DNA of 64,000 bases from Chiloscyllium plagiosum (taxonomy: Eukaryota). The stretch covers positions 82,217,450 to 82,281,449 of the forward strand of contig NC_057711.1 of NCBI RefSeq assembly GCF_004010195.1, given 5' to 3'. Both the position numbers and the translations under genes were made by a program. This document shows, in pieces, positions 13,187 through 26,804 of the stretch; position 1 is the stretch's first letter; every line of letters begins with the position of its first letter. The notes under the pieces are model-generated. The model had not been told where the DNA came from. It searched no databases and saw nothing but the letters and a program-made list of their open reading frames with translations.

Positions 13187-13351
13187 AACACCAGGTTATA
13201 GTCCAACAGGTTTATTTGGAAGTACTAGCTTTTGGAGCGCTGCTCCTTTGTCAAGTACTTCGTACTTCCAAATAAACCTGTTGGACTATAACCTGGTGTT
13301 GAGAGATTTTTAACTTTGTCCACCCCAGTCCAACACCAGCAACTCCACATC
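13187..13351 (+). mobile_element. Family A PLE terminal fragment forming a perfect 39-bp inverted repeat
   Basis: 13187-13225 is the exact reverse complement of 13262-13300; same sequence as 2752-2840. Confidence 0.85.
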
Positions 13352-13691
13352 AAAATAAATCAGTGCAGAAGACAAATCATTGACGCTTCAGCATTTGTTG
13401 ATCACAGAAGGGGGGCCAATTTTTTTTAAATTTAAAAGAAAATTATAAAAATTAAACAAAAATATAACCAAAATAGAAACCATAGGAATCAATGTCCTTG
13501 AAATGTAAAGAAATTATCAACATGCAACTTAGGACCATGTACCAGTCTGAAAATTACATTCAAATCCTTTAATCCATATTGTAACACAAGTATGACAAAA
13601 ATTTGGTTAGTGTGCAGTTAAGCATTCATGTATGCCACCTGCCTTTATAAAAGAAAAATTAGGGCACAAATGCAGTATTTCTACCCAATTA

Positions 13692-13925
<234 letters not shown>

Positions 13926-14377
13926 CTAGTTGTAAAAACAACGATAGTTAAACTAACCAGGCGGACAATAGTGCACAAGTGTTCAAAAAGACAAAATAAA
14001 ATATGGCCAAAACAGTAACTTGATACACAGAATTTAGACTTACTGAAAATTATGCTTGCATCAATACACTTTCTACAATGAAAACATTTTTAAAAGACCA
14101 TCTATTGCAAATCTCTATTAAATATAGTCCCATGGCATTTGAGGCAAGTAAAATTGTACTAAGTATGGAGATATACAGCAGAACAATGAAAGGCAATTCA
14201 GCGATTAGAACTGCTCTTGCCTTCTTTGAGGTTTTCATAGGACACCTCAGCCTGTCAGCATTGTGAAAAGAGAATTTAATTTGCTCGGTTCTGAAAGAAT
14301 AGAGTAGCTTTTGCAATACAATTATTTTTTCAGGACATGGAAAAAAGTGATCTCTCCATTTGCTCATTCCGACTTAC

Positions 14378-14640
14378 TTGTCTCATTATGTCTGGATTAT
14401 TAAGCATGTGACTAATCTCTGGATTTCGCTGAATCAACTGCTGCATCTGTGGGTTAGTCACAATTAACTGTCTCATCATGTCTGGGTTAGATAGCATATT
14501 CTGTACAAATGGGTTTTCCATTATCTGAGACATCATTTCTGGATTTGACATAAGCTGTCGCTGCATCTGAGTCTGTAATTCCAGGAAGTTGGAAGAATTC
14601 AGTCCCAAGCTGCTCAAACCTGCAAGTCCTCCCAATCCAC
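14378..14640 (-). CDS. UBQLN1: Ubiquilin-1 exon 4 (STI1 region)
   Basis: CCAG|GT...CAA|GTAAGT, 263 nt: [88 protein letters not shown]. The residues [23 protein letters not shown] and PDIMRQ favour UBQLN1 over UBQLN4. Confidence 0.96.
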
Positions 14641-16208
14641 CTGGAACACACAAGGTAATAGGTCACTGCTGGAATATAACTCACATACTTCAAACAAGTT
14701 TTTTTTCAAAGGAAACATCATAGGTTCAACAGAACTCTACAGCCAACTGTCACATGCAATCACAAATGAATAAACTTCAGAGAAATTGGCTTGCAGTCAT
14801 ACCAAACACAAAGATTATTGGAGGCTAATTATCTCAGCCACAGGACATCCCTGTACAAGTTCCTAGGCCCAACCACTTTCAGTTGTTTTGTCAATGACCT
14901 TCTGCCATTAAAAGGTCAGAAGTGAGGCATGATTCAATAATGTTTGGCACCATTTCCGATATGTCAGATGCTGATTTATTTAGTGTGCACATGCAGAGAC
15001 CTGGACATCATGCAGGTTTGGGCTATAGGTGGCAAGTAACATTCATGCCACACAAATGCAGAGCAATACCCTTGCTCAAGAGAGAATCTAGCCACATCAC
15101 TGCATGTTCAATGGCTTTGCTATCAATTCGTAAACCTGTAAATAAAAAAGCTAGTCTAACGGGAACCGGGAAACCATTGTCAATTGTTGTTTTAAAAAAA
15201 AGAGTTGGTCAAAAATTTCTTTATGGGCTGTTGGTGTTGCTGACTGAGTCAGGAATGTTTTTCCCATCTCTAGTTGCTGTTGACAAAGTAGTGGTGAACT
15301 GCCTTTAGAACTGCGCAGTCCATGTACCTTATGTAGGCCCACAACCCTGTTATGGAGGGAGCTTCAAATTCTGAATGAACAACATTGAAGGAATGGTGAT
15401 ATTTCCAAGTCAGGGTTGTAAGTGGCTTGAAGAGAAATGTACAGGTGATAATGCTCCTATCCATCCCATGGCCTTGCCGTTCTAGATGATGGTGGTTGAG
15501 AGTTTGTAAAGTACTAAGAAATCATGGTGACGTCCTGTGGTGCATCATGTAGATAGTGCACATTGCTGCTGCTGCTGCGCATCAGTGGCAGAGGGAGTAA
15601 TCAGTTGAGGATATCATGCCAAGGAAGTGGGCTGCTTGGTCCTGGTTGGTGTCAAGCTTCTTCAGTATTGCTAAAGCTTTAAGTATCCAGACAAATGGGG
15701 AGCATTCCATTATACCCCTAAACTGTGCCTGTAGACTGGACAGGCTTTAACAAGCCAGGAGGTGAGTTCTGCACTGTAGCCTCTGACATACTTTTGTAGC
15801 AGGAAGCCAAAAGTAAGTAGGTCCCTATCATCGTGATAGAACATAGAACATTACAGTGCCGTAGAGGCCCTTCGGCCCTCGATGTTGTGCTGACCTGTCA
15901 TACCAATCTGAAGCTCACCTAACCTACACTATTCCATGTACGTCCATATACTTGTGATTTACATGGTTCCAACATGCTACTTCCAACTTTTCATCTAACA
16001 TGACTTGTAGCTGGAAGGTTGGCTATAGTAATAAGTAAAGTAACATAAACAGCTTTACTTTCCCCAATGCAAAATTTAATTTGTTGCACAATGGCAGATC
16101 ATTGTGAAAAACCACATTCCTCAAAATAACAAAAATTAAGACTTCTGAAGGCACAGAAGCATAAGCAAAAGATGGAGCTTGTCTGATTACATTCAAGGAT
16201 CTGAGAGA

Positions 16209-16345
16209 TGAATTGGCCATGCTAAATTGCCCGTAGTGTTAGGTAAGGGGTAAATGTAGGGATATGGGTGGGTTTCGCTTCGGTGGGTCGGTGTGGACTT
16301 GTTGGGCCGAAGGGCCTGTTTCCACACTGTAATGTAATGTAAAAT
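16209..16345 (+). mobile_element. HE1-like SINE 3' half with (TGTAA)n tail
   Basis: About 4 mismatches over roughly 128 nt to the reverse complement of 23186-23315. Confidence 0.85.
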
Positions 16346-16797
16346 GTAAAAAAGATACATTGCAAAGCTCTTCCTAAAGTAGCCTAAACTGTTTTCCTCA
16401 CATTGTTGCTGATTATTCAAAATATATATGACGGTGCTTGTAAAATGCACTTTCAGCATCTGGGATGTTTGACAGACTCGTTGTCCTTGTCAAGTTTTCT
16501 TAGCTTTGTCTGCACATTAATTCTTTCCCAATCTCACATACAACCTGCATCAATTCTAACAGGATTGTAAAAGCAACATATATTTACCAAATGAAGACTA
16601 ACGATCATGGTAATGAAAGGGATTTTCTCTTACTGTGTAAACGCATTCGCATCTAACAAATTTGTATGAATAATGAGATAATTTGGAAGTGAATTTAGTG
16701 CTTACAGTACTGAACAGGCTCTTGGTGCTCAGGCCACCAAGCTGATAAGCTGGTAGCCTTCTGCAGACTTATTGAACTTTCTTTTGATTAGACTTAC

Positions 16798-16892
16798 CAA
16801 GGCTACTGGTAGTTGAGGCTGTACTATCAGACGTTGCTGAAGTAGTTGCAGTACTGCTTTGGCTGTCAGGTTGGCTCTGTTGCTCCGGAGGC
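16798..16892 (-). CDS. UBQLN1: Ubiquilin-1 exon 3 (Ser/Thr-rich linker)
   Basis: TTTAAG|G...CTTG|GTAAGT, 95 nt: (R)PPEQQSQPDSQSSTATTSATSDSTASTTSSL(G). Phases 2 and 1 fit exons 2 and 4 exactly. Confidence 0.88.
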
Positions 16893-17109
16893 CTTAAAGA
16901 CAATGGGAGACTTTTTAGAACAATGTTGTTTTGATAATTTGTGGAATGTGAATGCTTTCAAGTTGATCACAGTCAAGTATATTTTTGGTGAGGTTATGGA
17001 TAACTACACATCTCAGACATCTAATCTCAGCTCAAGCAAGCCCAAACTTTAGTAGTGAGGTCCCTTAACATTGTGCCTTAGGTCCACATCAGAACAGCAT
17101 CTCCTACCA

Positions 17110-18575
17110 TGTCCAAAATTTGCTGGCCTGAGGTGGTTCCGGCAGATTGGAAAACAGCAAATTTGACGCAAATAAAGAGGTGGGTGAAAAGCGAGTAGCT
17201 GTAAGCCCGTTAGCTTAACCTCTGTAGGGAGGAAAATACTTGAATCTATAATCAAGGAAGAAATAGCAAGGCATTGATATAGAAATTACTCCATCAAGCA
17301 GACACAACATAGGTTCATGAAAGACAAGTTTAACTTGTTTAACTAATTTACTGAAATTCTTCAAGGACATTATGAGCACGGTGAACAATGGGGAAACTGG
17401 TAGATGTGGTATATCTGGATTTCCAGAAGGCATTGAAACAGGGTACTGCACAAAAAGCTGTTGCATAAGATGAAGGTGCACACTGCATTATGGATAATGT
17501 ATAAGCATGGATATAAGACTGGTTAACTAACAGAAAGCAAAGAGTGGGGATAAATAGATGTTTTTCTGATTGGCTAGTGGCGTGCCTAAGGGATCAATGC
17601 TGGGGCCACAACTGCTTATAATTTACACAGATGATTTAGAGTTGAGACTAGGTGTAGCATGTCAAAGTTAGCAGATAACATGAAGATGAGTGGTACAGCA
17701 CAAGTGTGCAGAGTTCACTGAAAATCCAGGAAGGGATATAGGTAGGTTGAGTGAGTGGGCAAGAGTCTGGTAGATAGAGTACAATTTTGGCAAATGTGAG
17801 GCCACACATTTTGGTATGAACAACAGCAAACTAGGCTATTAATTGGTGAAAAATTGCAGCATGCTGCTGTGCAGAGGGACCTGGGTGTCCTTGTGCATGA
17901 ATCACAAAAAAGATGGCTTGCAAATGCAGCAGGTAATTAAGGCAAATAGAATATTGCCCATCATTGGCAGAAGAAAGGGAGGTTATGCTGCAGCAGTATA
18001 GGGTGTTGGTGAGGCTACACCTGGAGTACTACATACACTTCTAGTCTCCTTATTTGGGAAAGGATGTACTGGCACTGGAAGGGGTGCAGAGGCGGCTCAC
18101 TAAGTTGAATCCAGAATCGAGAAGGTTAGCATATGTTGGGAGATTGAGTAGATTGGAACTATATTCAATGGAATTTAGGTGAAAGGGAGGTTTGGGGCGG
18201 GGTGGGAAGTCCTATACGAACATTTTAAATTATAAAAGATAGAAACAGGGAAGTTGTCTCCACTCGCAGGTGAAACCAGAACTAAGGGGCATAGCTCCAA
18301 AACAAGTAGGAGCAGATTTAAGACTGAGTTGAGGAGAAACCTCATCACCCAAAAAGTTGTAAATCTGTGGAATTGTCTGCACAGTGAATCAGTTGAGGCC
18401 ACCTTATTGAATGTTTTTAAGGCAAAGATAGATTGATTTTTGAACAGTAAAGGAGTTAAGGGTTATGGTGAGCAGGTGGATAAGTGCAGTGGAGTCCATA
18501 AAAAGATCAGCCATGATCTTATTGAATGACAGAGAAGAATCAGTGGACCAGATGCTCCTATTTCTTATGTTCATA
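17110..18575 (+). mobile_element. CR1 LINE fragment (RT to 3' end)
   Basis: Frameshifted RT motifs (VVYLDFQKA, GVPKGSMLGP) and ORF 18254..18436 ETRTKGHS...VVNLWNCL...LNVFKAKID. Confidence 0.85.
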
Positions 18576-19689
18576 TATTACACCAAAATTCTATTTCCAA
18601 CAATAGCAACCCTATGGTCTCAAGAGATTTTAATCAAAATAAACTCAACTTCTAAGCAAGATTGTGCTCCAGGCTCATGCCCAATTGTCAATGAATGGTC
18701 ACCAACACTTCTGGTAATACCCCTGCAGTCAGAGAACACTTCCAGTTTGTCAATATTGGATTAAACCCAAAGCTGAAGATGTAAGGTGTACTGTTTTAAG
18801 AAATGGAGTTGAACCCTACATTTTCCTTTCAAAATCCTGGAATTCCTAACCATCATAATTCTAGAGGTTTAAATGACTGTGCATTATAAATTAAACACAT
18901 AACTTCTAGGTCTTTACAGACGATTCCAAATAATGAAGGGACATAAGATGACCTTGCTTTTTAGCTTATCTTTTGTTCAGGTAGCACTTTTTTGCAAAAG
19001 TTAAAGAAGGGAGGGTGATTGACATTATTATGTGGACTTTAGCAAACTCCTTGAAAGTGCCACAGTGAAAATAAAGTGCATGGGATTAAAGGAGCAACAG
19101 CTCCATGGATGCAGAATTGGCTAAGGGACAGAACAGAGGTAGGTTGTTTCTCAGACTGCATAGTAGTGCTCCCAAAAGATCAATATTAGGACCACTGCCC
19201 TTAATAACTTGAACACAAATAGCCAATTTCAAACTATGTCAAAAACAAAAGGGGACATCATCCCATTAGGCTGATTGCACACCTGACCAAAACATTCTCA
19301 CTGAGCAACCAAAAGTAATAAATATTAAAATTGCCTCAAACTTTCTACAATTGCATCTTTCAAATTGTTCTAAAGACAGTAACTGACGGGAGAAATAAAA
19401 TGCAATTCTGTGGCAAAAAGACAGAACAATGCCCAAAGTCAAATGACTGAAACTTGTTTTGTCTCCAACCCCCCCCCCCCCCCGATTATGTTTAACCTCA
19501 ATATTTCTGAAGAGGAATAAGAAACAGAAGAAGTAGTTACTGCTGAAGGTTTTGCATTCAGCAGCCCACACAAAACATGGCCCTTTTCAAGGCCCGAAAG
19601 TTGCATTTAAGGGTTTTAAAGGAAGCAACTAGAGACAAAAGAAGATTAGTGAGAAATGCTCCAGAACTCACTGGACTCCAGGAGGTTCC

Positions 19690-21330
19690 AGTAGATTGAG
19701 AAGCTGATATTGTGACATCCCTGTTCAAGAAGGGAGACAGAAAGCAAGAAACTACAAGTCAGTTAGCTTAACATCTGCCATTTGACAAATCTGCTAGAGC
19801 TGTTTCAACACGTAAGTAGCAAAGTTCATAAAGTGGAATTGCTAAGGTTAGGGTTAGTGTATTTGGATTTCCAGGGGCATTCAATAAAATGCCACAAAGG
19901 TTTATTGCACAGGGTAGGAACTCAGGATATTGGGGGTAATGGATGGATTGAGGATATTTTAAAAACACAGAAGATAAAGTTGGGATCAATGGGTATTTTC
20001 AACTTGGAAAAACACAATCAGTCCTATGGCCTCATTTATTTGCCATCTATATTAATGACTTGGAGGAGGGGCAAGTATGCGATGTATCCAAACTTGATAC
20101 AAAAATAGATGGAAAGGCATGCTGTCATGAGGATATCAGGGATTTGCAACAGGACATCTAGAAGTTGAGTGAATGAGCAAAATTGTGGCAGATGGAACAT
20201 ACTATTAATTAAACAGACTCCAAAAAGTGCACAGGGATCTTGGTGCTCTTGTATATGAAGCATAAGAAAAATTACTATTGCAAGTACAACAAATAGAAGT
20301 TTGACCTCTTATTGCTAGGAGTTTACAAATAAATCTTATTAACTGTACAGCATGTTGCTGAGTCTACACGTGGAGCACTGTGTACAGTTCTGATCCCCCT
20401 AAGAAAGGATGTACTGTGTTATGGACCAGATTCAACCCCCTCAAAAGGATATAGCCTGGACCGTAATATTACTTAAAAGCAAGTATAAGACACAGCATTC
20501 CAGATATGATTTGATTGGTCAAACTACTTGGCTTTAAGCAAAACACACTCTATTCTTACTATGGTTAAAATACAAAGGAAAAAAGCACAACTTTAACCAT
20601 ATCAAAATATTTAAAACAATATAATACTTAAAAACTACCAGTCATCATCAACTGTTCAAATATAGCAGCATACCATAAACACACCCTTGGCAAAGGTAAA
20701 TTTAGCAAAACACAGTCGGTCATGTGCTATCTCCAGTCCATAAACAATGAGTCTAGCAGCAAAGATTGAACTCAAGCTTTTTGCAGCAGAGAGAAAACTA
20801 CATTGAGCAGCCTCAACTGCAAAACCCCAGCTTCAACAACTGAAAACAAAACTCCACCCACTCATGCTTTTATCTATATTTTTTAAAACACAGAAGTTAT
20901 TCACTCTGCTTTCCATAGAGCAGATACCTTAGTCCAGGTTTACAACATGCCTCTTCAAGAGAAACAGGACAGAACAAAACCCTCTTAAAGACACATCTCG
21001 TCACAACTGATATACAGTGCAATTAACAGATTATTTAGTAGACTGATTACTGGGATAAAAAGGTGATAATTTAAAACAATCGGATTAGGCATTTGCAATT
21101 TAGAAGGTGATTTTACTAAAACAGACAATATTGAGATTTTTAACATTGTCATGTTAAAATGATGTTTCCAATAATGGACAGAGCTTGAACGAGGATTTAG
21201 TCACAGAATAAACAGATAGTCATTTAAAACAGAGATTATGAAGGAATTCCTTATCTTGGAGTAGTGAATGTTAGTAATTCTTTACCATAGAGAATTGGAA
21301 AGGCTGAGTCACTGCAAATACTTAGAGGAG
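19690..21330 (+). mobile_element. Old CR1 fragment interrupted by a solo LTR
   Basis: ORF 19782..20108 TNLLELF...VYLDFQ. CR1 homology stops at ...aggatgtactg (20416) and resumes after 21005. Confidence 0.75.
20417..21005. mobile_element. Solo LTR (589 bp)
   Basis: Termini TGT...ACA, flanked by a 4-bp direct repeat ACTG (20413-20416 and 21006-21009), and it cleanly interrupts a CR1. Confidence 0.75.
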
Positions 21331-21888
21331 ATATACCATCAGTTTCTAGCAGAAGCAGCATTATTAACTGGGGGGAGTGACTTAAATATTTGCCAAAAAA
21401 AAAAGTGATGACATAAGAAAAACTTCATTTTGTATATACAAGCAGAAGTTGCTAGGACCTGCAAATGCCCTACCAGAGGAGATGGTTAAAGCAGATTCAG
21501 TAACTTATAAAATAAATATTAGACAAACATTTGAAGCGAAAATCTTGCAGAGCTACAGAACAGAAACAGGGCAATACGGCCAACTGGGTCTCTTTAGAGC
21601 CAGCAGAAGCACAGTGGGAAAATTGTCATTTCAGTGAAGTGACTTGGCCGAGATACTCCAGGTATTTTTGAATCAAATAAAAAGGTTTTCCGCCAGCTAT
21701 TATATCTTCTACTCAAAAGTAGATGCAAACACTGAAGCAACTTCATATATACTCAGCAGCATTCTCCGTTGCAATGGTTCATACTAGTTAACTTAAACAG
21801 GTCTTCAGATATCCTGGATTGTACTTTGACCAGCCAATTCCCTTTCACGGTGTTTGATATGAATTTCACAGTGCAAATGGGTATTTAC

Positions 21889-22040
21889 CTGTTTTGAGTT
21901 TTGATAACTAAATGAACTGTAAGTCCATCTTGTATTCCATGCTGCGCAAGTGTGTCGACATCTTTAAGGATTTTTCCAGCAAATATCAGCACAAGTTGTT
22001 CTGGCTGTGCTTTGAATCGTTTCGATATATCTTGCTTGAA
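21889..22040 (-). CDS. UBQLN1: Ubiquilin-1 exon 2 (UBL domain core)
   Basis: AG|TTC...AACAG|GTAAAT, 152 nt: [50 protein letters not shown](R). Confidence 0.96.
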
Positions 22041-23169
22041 CTTTTTTTTTAAAAAGAAAAGAGACAGTAATTACTTTGCAAGTAATAATCTTTAACATCT
22101 GGCTGTTGTTTCAGACATTAATAGACAAGTACAGGCAGTCCGTGGGATGTAAACTGATTCCATTCTTGAGTCAGTTAGCAAGTCAATTTGTACGCACGTC
22201 AGAACAACAGGACAAAAAAAAAAGCCATCTGTAAGTACGAGGAAATAGAATCACATAATCCCTACAGTGTGAGGCCATTCAGTCCATTGAGTTCATACTG
22301 ACTCTCCAAAAAAAAAGAAACCTGCTCAGAAACCTCAACCCCCATCCTTGTGACCCTGCATTTCCCAGGGCTAATTCACCTAGACTGCACATCCCTGGAC
22401 ACCAAACAATCTAGCATGGCAATATTGAATTTCAGCAGAAAATGGGTCAGTTTGCTGCGACTTTGCCTTCAAAATAAGACACATTGTATCCTTACAAATT
22501 CACAGAACATTGTTACTAAGGATAATAGCATGCATTAATAACAGCTGTTACCTGGAATGGATTGTTTCAATAGGTTATACTTATTAGGGGAAGAAAGTTA
22601 GTTCTTTGTTAGAACATTAAAAATAGAATACTTATCACAAGCTATATTTATGGTCAGTGGATCTAGGTTCATTGTAAGCAGTTTTTGGTGCAAACAATAT
22701 CTGTAGTATTATAGAAGCACAAGAACAAACACTGGGAAAGGGAACATTTTATTCAGCAAGATGCAGAAATTCAGAACACTTCAGGAAAGGAATGAAGAAT
22801 GTTGACCGATGTTCGTATTTTAACATATTGAATAATTAGCGTATTTCTGCTGTTTACAGTTTGTGCTCAAGTAAAATCTGGTCAATAAATGACAAACTTG
22901 GTAGCAAGGAAGGGAGACAAACTAGTCCAGAGCTACTTCTCACAAAGTAGAGAATTAAGATCAATGTGACTTCTGGTGCAGTGGGAATTCCCTATCTCTT
23001 CATCAGGGGGCCTGGGCTCCAGCAGGTATATAACAGCATCTCTGAACAGGCTGACTAGAAAACACCTAGTACATTCTTGGATACAGGGAGATTGCAGGGG
23101 GCGAGATTTTTAACTGCTACCCAGGCAAACACTAAAGTTGAGAATTTGGTGCTAGTATACAAACCACCT

Positions 23170-23488
23170 GATTAGATTAGATTAGATTACATTACAGTGT
23201 GGAAACAGGCCCTTCGGCCCAACAAGTCCACACCGACCCGCCGAAGTGTAACCCACCCATACCCCTACATTTACCCCTTACCTAACACTACGGGCAATTT
23301 AGCATGGCCAATTCACCGAACCTGCACATCTTTGGACTGTGGGAGAAACCGGAGCACCCGGAGGAAACCCACGCAGACACGGGGAGAACGTGCAAACTCC
23401 ACACAGTCAGTCGCCTGAGGCGGGAATTGAACCCGGGTCTCTGGCGCTGTGAGGCAGCACTGCTAACCACTGTGTCACCGTGCCGCCC
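23170..23488 (-). mobile_element. Full-length HE1-like V-SINE, CpG-rich (young)
   Basis: tRNA head with A/B boxes, central GCGTGGGTTTCCTCCGGGTGCTCCGGTTTC domain, CR1-like tail and (AATCT)n repeats. Confidence 0.9.
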
Positions 23489-25179
23489 ATCTTAATCTTG
23501 TTTTCAAACCGAAGGCTGAAAGCTAGTTTCTCATGTCAAACTTGCAGATGCGATGTTGAAAACCAGGCCTGTTTCTGAGTTACACTTACAAAAGACCCAA
23601 AACGTCAATTCAGTTGCTGCCTGGTACATGGCACAGACACATCTAATAAAAATGGAAAGGAAACACTCCCTCAAATTGGAAGTGCAGCGGATCTCAGCCA
23701 CAGCATTGAGGCCAGGATGGAGATGTGACTCCCTACCACTGCCCAGTGATATTAACTAGGAATGAGAACATGAAGTACCATCGATATTGTGATATTGCAT
23801 GTTTTTATTGGAAGGTGAGCACATAACAAGGAAATCCTTTCAGTATTGTTCAACAGGAGAACTTTGTCTAGTTAAAGGAAGGCCACTTAGTCCTGTTTTA
23901 AGTGTCTGAAAAATATGGTCGAGTCAACGTTTATAGAGAAAAAGTATGATTAAGACCTGATTATGGACGATCCAACCGTGATAATAAAATGATTTGGGAT
24001 GGTAAGATGAACGGAGTACAGTATATTTTCGTGTCCATGTTGTTATTATACTAGCTTCATGTGCGTGATGTTCAGAATTGTGCTTTAATATTTGGTGGAA
24101 GTACAAGAATTTTCAGTAAAGCACTACTTGCTACAGTCATGCTAGAAACATGAAACTGGAGTCTTGTAATAAATTGTGAACTGAATAATAAAGAAATAAC
24201 ATAATACTAGAATCATGTATGTTTTTATTATGTAACATGGACTGGTCAGTGCAATTACAGAATCAATCATTTTAACAATAGTTGTAACAAACTGGTACTT
24301 AAAATTAATGAAGAAACAAAATCGAAAGAAAAGCAATCACCTTCACTGGGATCTGGATACAAAGAATCAATATTATCTTAATTTTTGCAGAATATACTTT
24401 TTTACTGGCACCATGACCTAGGATTTGAAGTTTATTTATCAAGGGATACTACAGAGATATAGCATGCTACAGATTAGCAAAGACAATTGCTAAATAAACT
24501 TTATAAGCTCAGTGCTGTATTGGGGGTGGGCACAGTATGAATATTATACACTCACAAGAGGCTTGAAATTAGCACAAACTAGTCTGATGTTGCTATTTTG
24601 CATCAAAAATGAAATAGGATAATTTAAAAGAATGATACACGCTCATGGTGCTTACACATGAACCTTATGAATTATGTCACTAACTATTAAAAAGCACCCA
24701 ATGAAACCAAACACAACTTAAAATGTATTTGGAATTAGCATTAAGCAGAAAATCAGTAATGACAATGATGAAGCAATTTGAAGTAATAGATTAAAGTTCT
24801 TCACATAATATTAATGCAAATGCAATTTTCTTTCCTTCATATCATACAATTAACAAGACAAATGGAAATGAGTAAATTAAATATCCAATTAGACAAGGCC
24901 AATATCTGAATCTCTGGTAAAGAGGAGCCATTCTTATGATGTACAGTATAAAGATGACTGACATTGTTTTCTAAAAACTGCCATTAACATTAGTAAGCTT
25001 TTACACTACCACAAACAGACAATACAAATAAAAAGCTGGGAGGACATACACTATAAAGTCTAATCACCCTTGAATATTGGAATTGTTTGCATTGCAATGC
25101 ATAGCTAAGTAAATATTTTAAATCTGAAAATAAGGAAGATACTGTTTGTAGACCGTGCACAGGTGAAATATTGATTAAT

Positions 25180-25486
25180 GGGCAACATGTGGCAGTGGTT
25201 AGCACTGCTGCCTCGCAGCGCCAGAGACCCAGGTTCAATTCCCGCCTCAGGCAACACTCTGTGTGGAGTTTGCACATTCTTTCCGTGTCTGCGTGGGTTT
25301 CCTCCGGGTGCTCGGGTTTCCTCCCACAATCCAAAAATGTGGAGGTTAGGTGAATTGGCCATGCTAAATTGCCCGTAGTGTCAGGTGAAGGGGTAAATGT
25401 AGGAGAATGGGTCTGGGTGGGTTACGCTTCAGCGAGTCGGTGTGGACTTGTTAGGGCAAAGGGCCTGTTTCCACACTAAGTAATCT
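25180..25486 (+). mobile_element. Full-length HE1-like V-SINE
   Basis: Colinear with the reverse complement of 23170-23488. Confidence 0.9.
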
Positions 25487-25894
25487 TAAAAAAAAATGTT
25501 CACATCAGTCAAGCAGCCTGGACTATTCCACATCTATTGCAGCATAAAACAGCTCAGTAATCAAAACCTCCCTCACTGTAGTCCAAATAAAACTACAATG
25601 CCCACCCAGTTCTACAAATATAAAACAGCTCTCGGGTCAATGGAACACAAATGAAAATACAATCTTCTGCATTCTTACCCATTACTGTGACCAAAATCAT
25701 TCTGAACACAAATCCTTCTTGTTATGCATGGCTTGTTTGATTTTCTAATCTGCTAGAAAGTAGTTGATCTTTTATCAGGCTGCCCTTCTGCCCTTGCACA
25801 GTGATGTAGTACTTTGTCAACGTGCTCCTTCCAACTTGTTATTGGGTTCACAATGTACATCTACTAGTACCATCATGCTATCAACACTGGAGTT

Positions 25895-26462
25895 ATCAGT
25901 GACCAGAAACTCAACTGGACTTGCCATATAAATACAGTGGCTATAAGAACAGGTCAGGGCCGAGGAATATTGTGGCAAGGAACTCATACCATGACTCCTC
26001 GATCCTACTATCGACAAACAAGGAGTGCGATGGAATACTTTTCACTTGCCTGGATGAGTTATACAACACAAAAGAAGCTGGGCAGTGTTCAGGAGAAACA
26101 GCCCCCTTGACTACCTCTAACATCTTAAGCAATCATTTCCCAACCACCTTCAAATAGTGGCAGCAGTCTATACTATCTACATGATGGACTGCAGCAACTC
26201 ACCAAGGTTCCTCCAACAAGGTTCCTCCTGTGAGATTGACCATCTAGAAAGACAAGAATAGTAGAGACACAAACATGGGCAAATTCCCCTCCCAGCCTTG
26301 GAAATATATCACCATTCCTTCACTGTTGCTAGGTCAAAGTCCTGGAACTCCAAGCAACACTGAGGGTTTTCCTAAACCATATGGACTGCAGAGATTCAAG
26401 ACGACAGCTCACGATGCCCTCTCCAGGTCTAGGGATGGCTAAGCCAGTGATGCCCACATCCC
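25895..26462 (+). mobile_element. Degraded CR1/L2-group LINE 3' fragment (second lineage)
   Basis: Decayed DQKLNWT...VAIRTGQ...MEYFSLAWMS; same family as 1335-1720. Confidence 0.6.
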
Positions 26463-26804
26463 GATGGTAGAGGTAGAGGTGATGTGTTAGTGTGGGTTGA
26501 GAACTGGTTAACACACAGAAGACAGAGTCGTCTTAAATCCATCTTTTCCAGGTTGTAAAGACCACCTCAGTACTTTCTTCAATTTGCATTCAATATAGAC
26601 AGATATTGATTCAATATTAGCTAGCTGTCTACGGTTCTGTCCTGATGGTGGGACAGGACATATTTCTTAGGGCTAAAGGAATCAAAGGTATGGGGTGAAG
26701 GCAGAAACAGAGTACTGAGTTGGATGATCAGCTGTGATCACATTGAATGGAGAACCAGCTTGAAAGGACTGAGTTGCCTACTCCTGCTCCTATTTGCATT
26801 TTTT

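Noticed and set aside
23400..23488. tRNA gene (A and B boxes present; also at 1-93 and 25180-25250)
   Set aside because: tRNA-derived SINE head that continues into a SINE body and tail.
23197..25378. Overlapping 60-114 aa ORFs at 23.2-23.5 kb and 25.0-25.4 kb
   Set aside because: Chance frames within GC-rich HE1-like SINEs.
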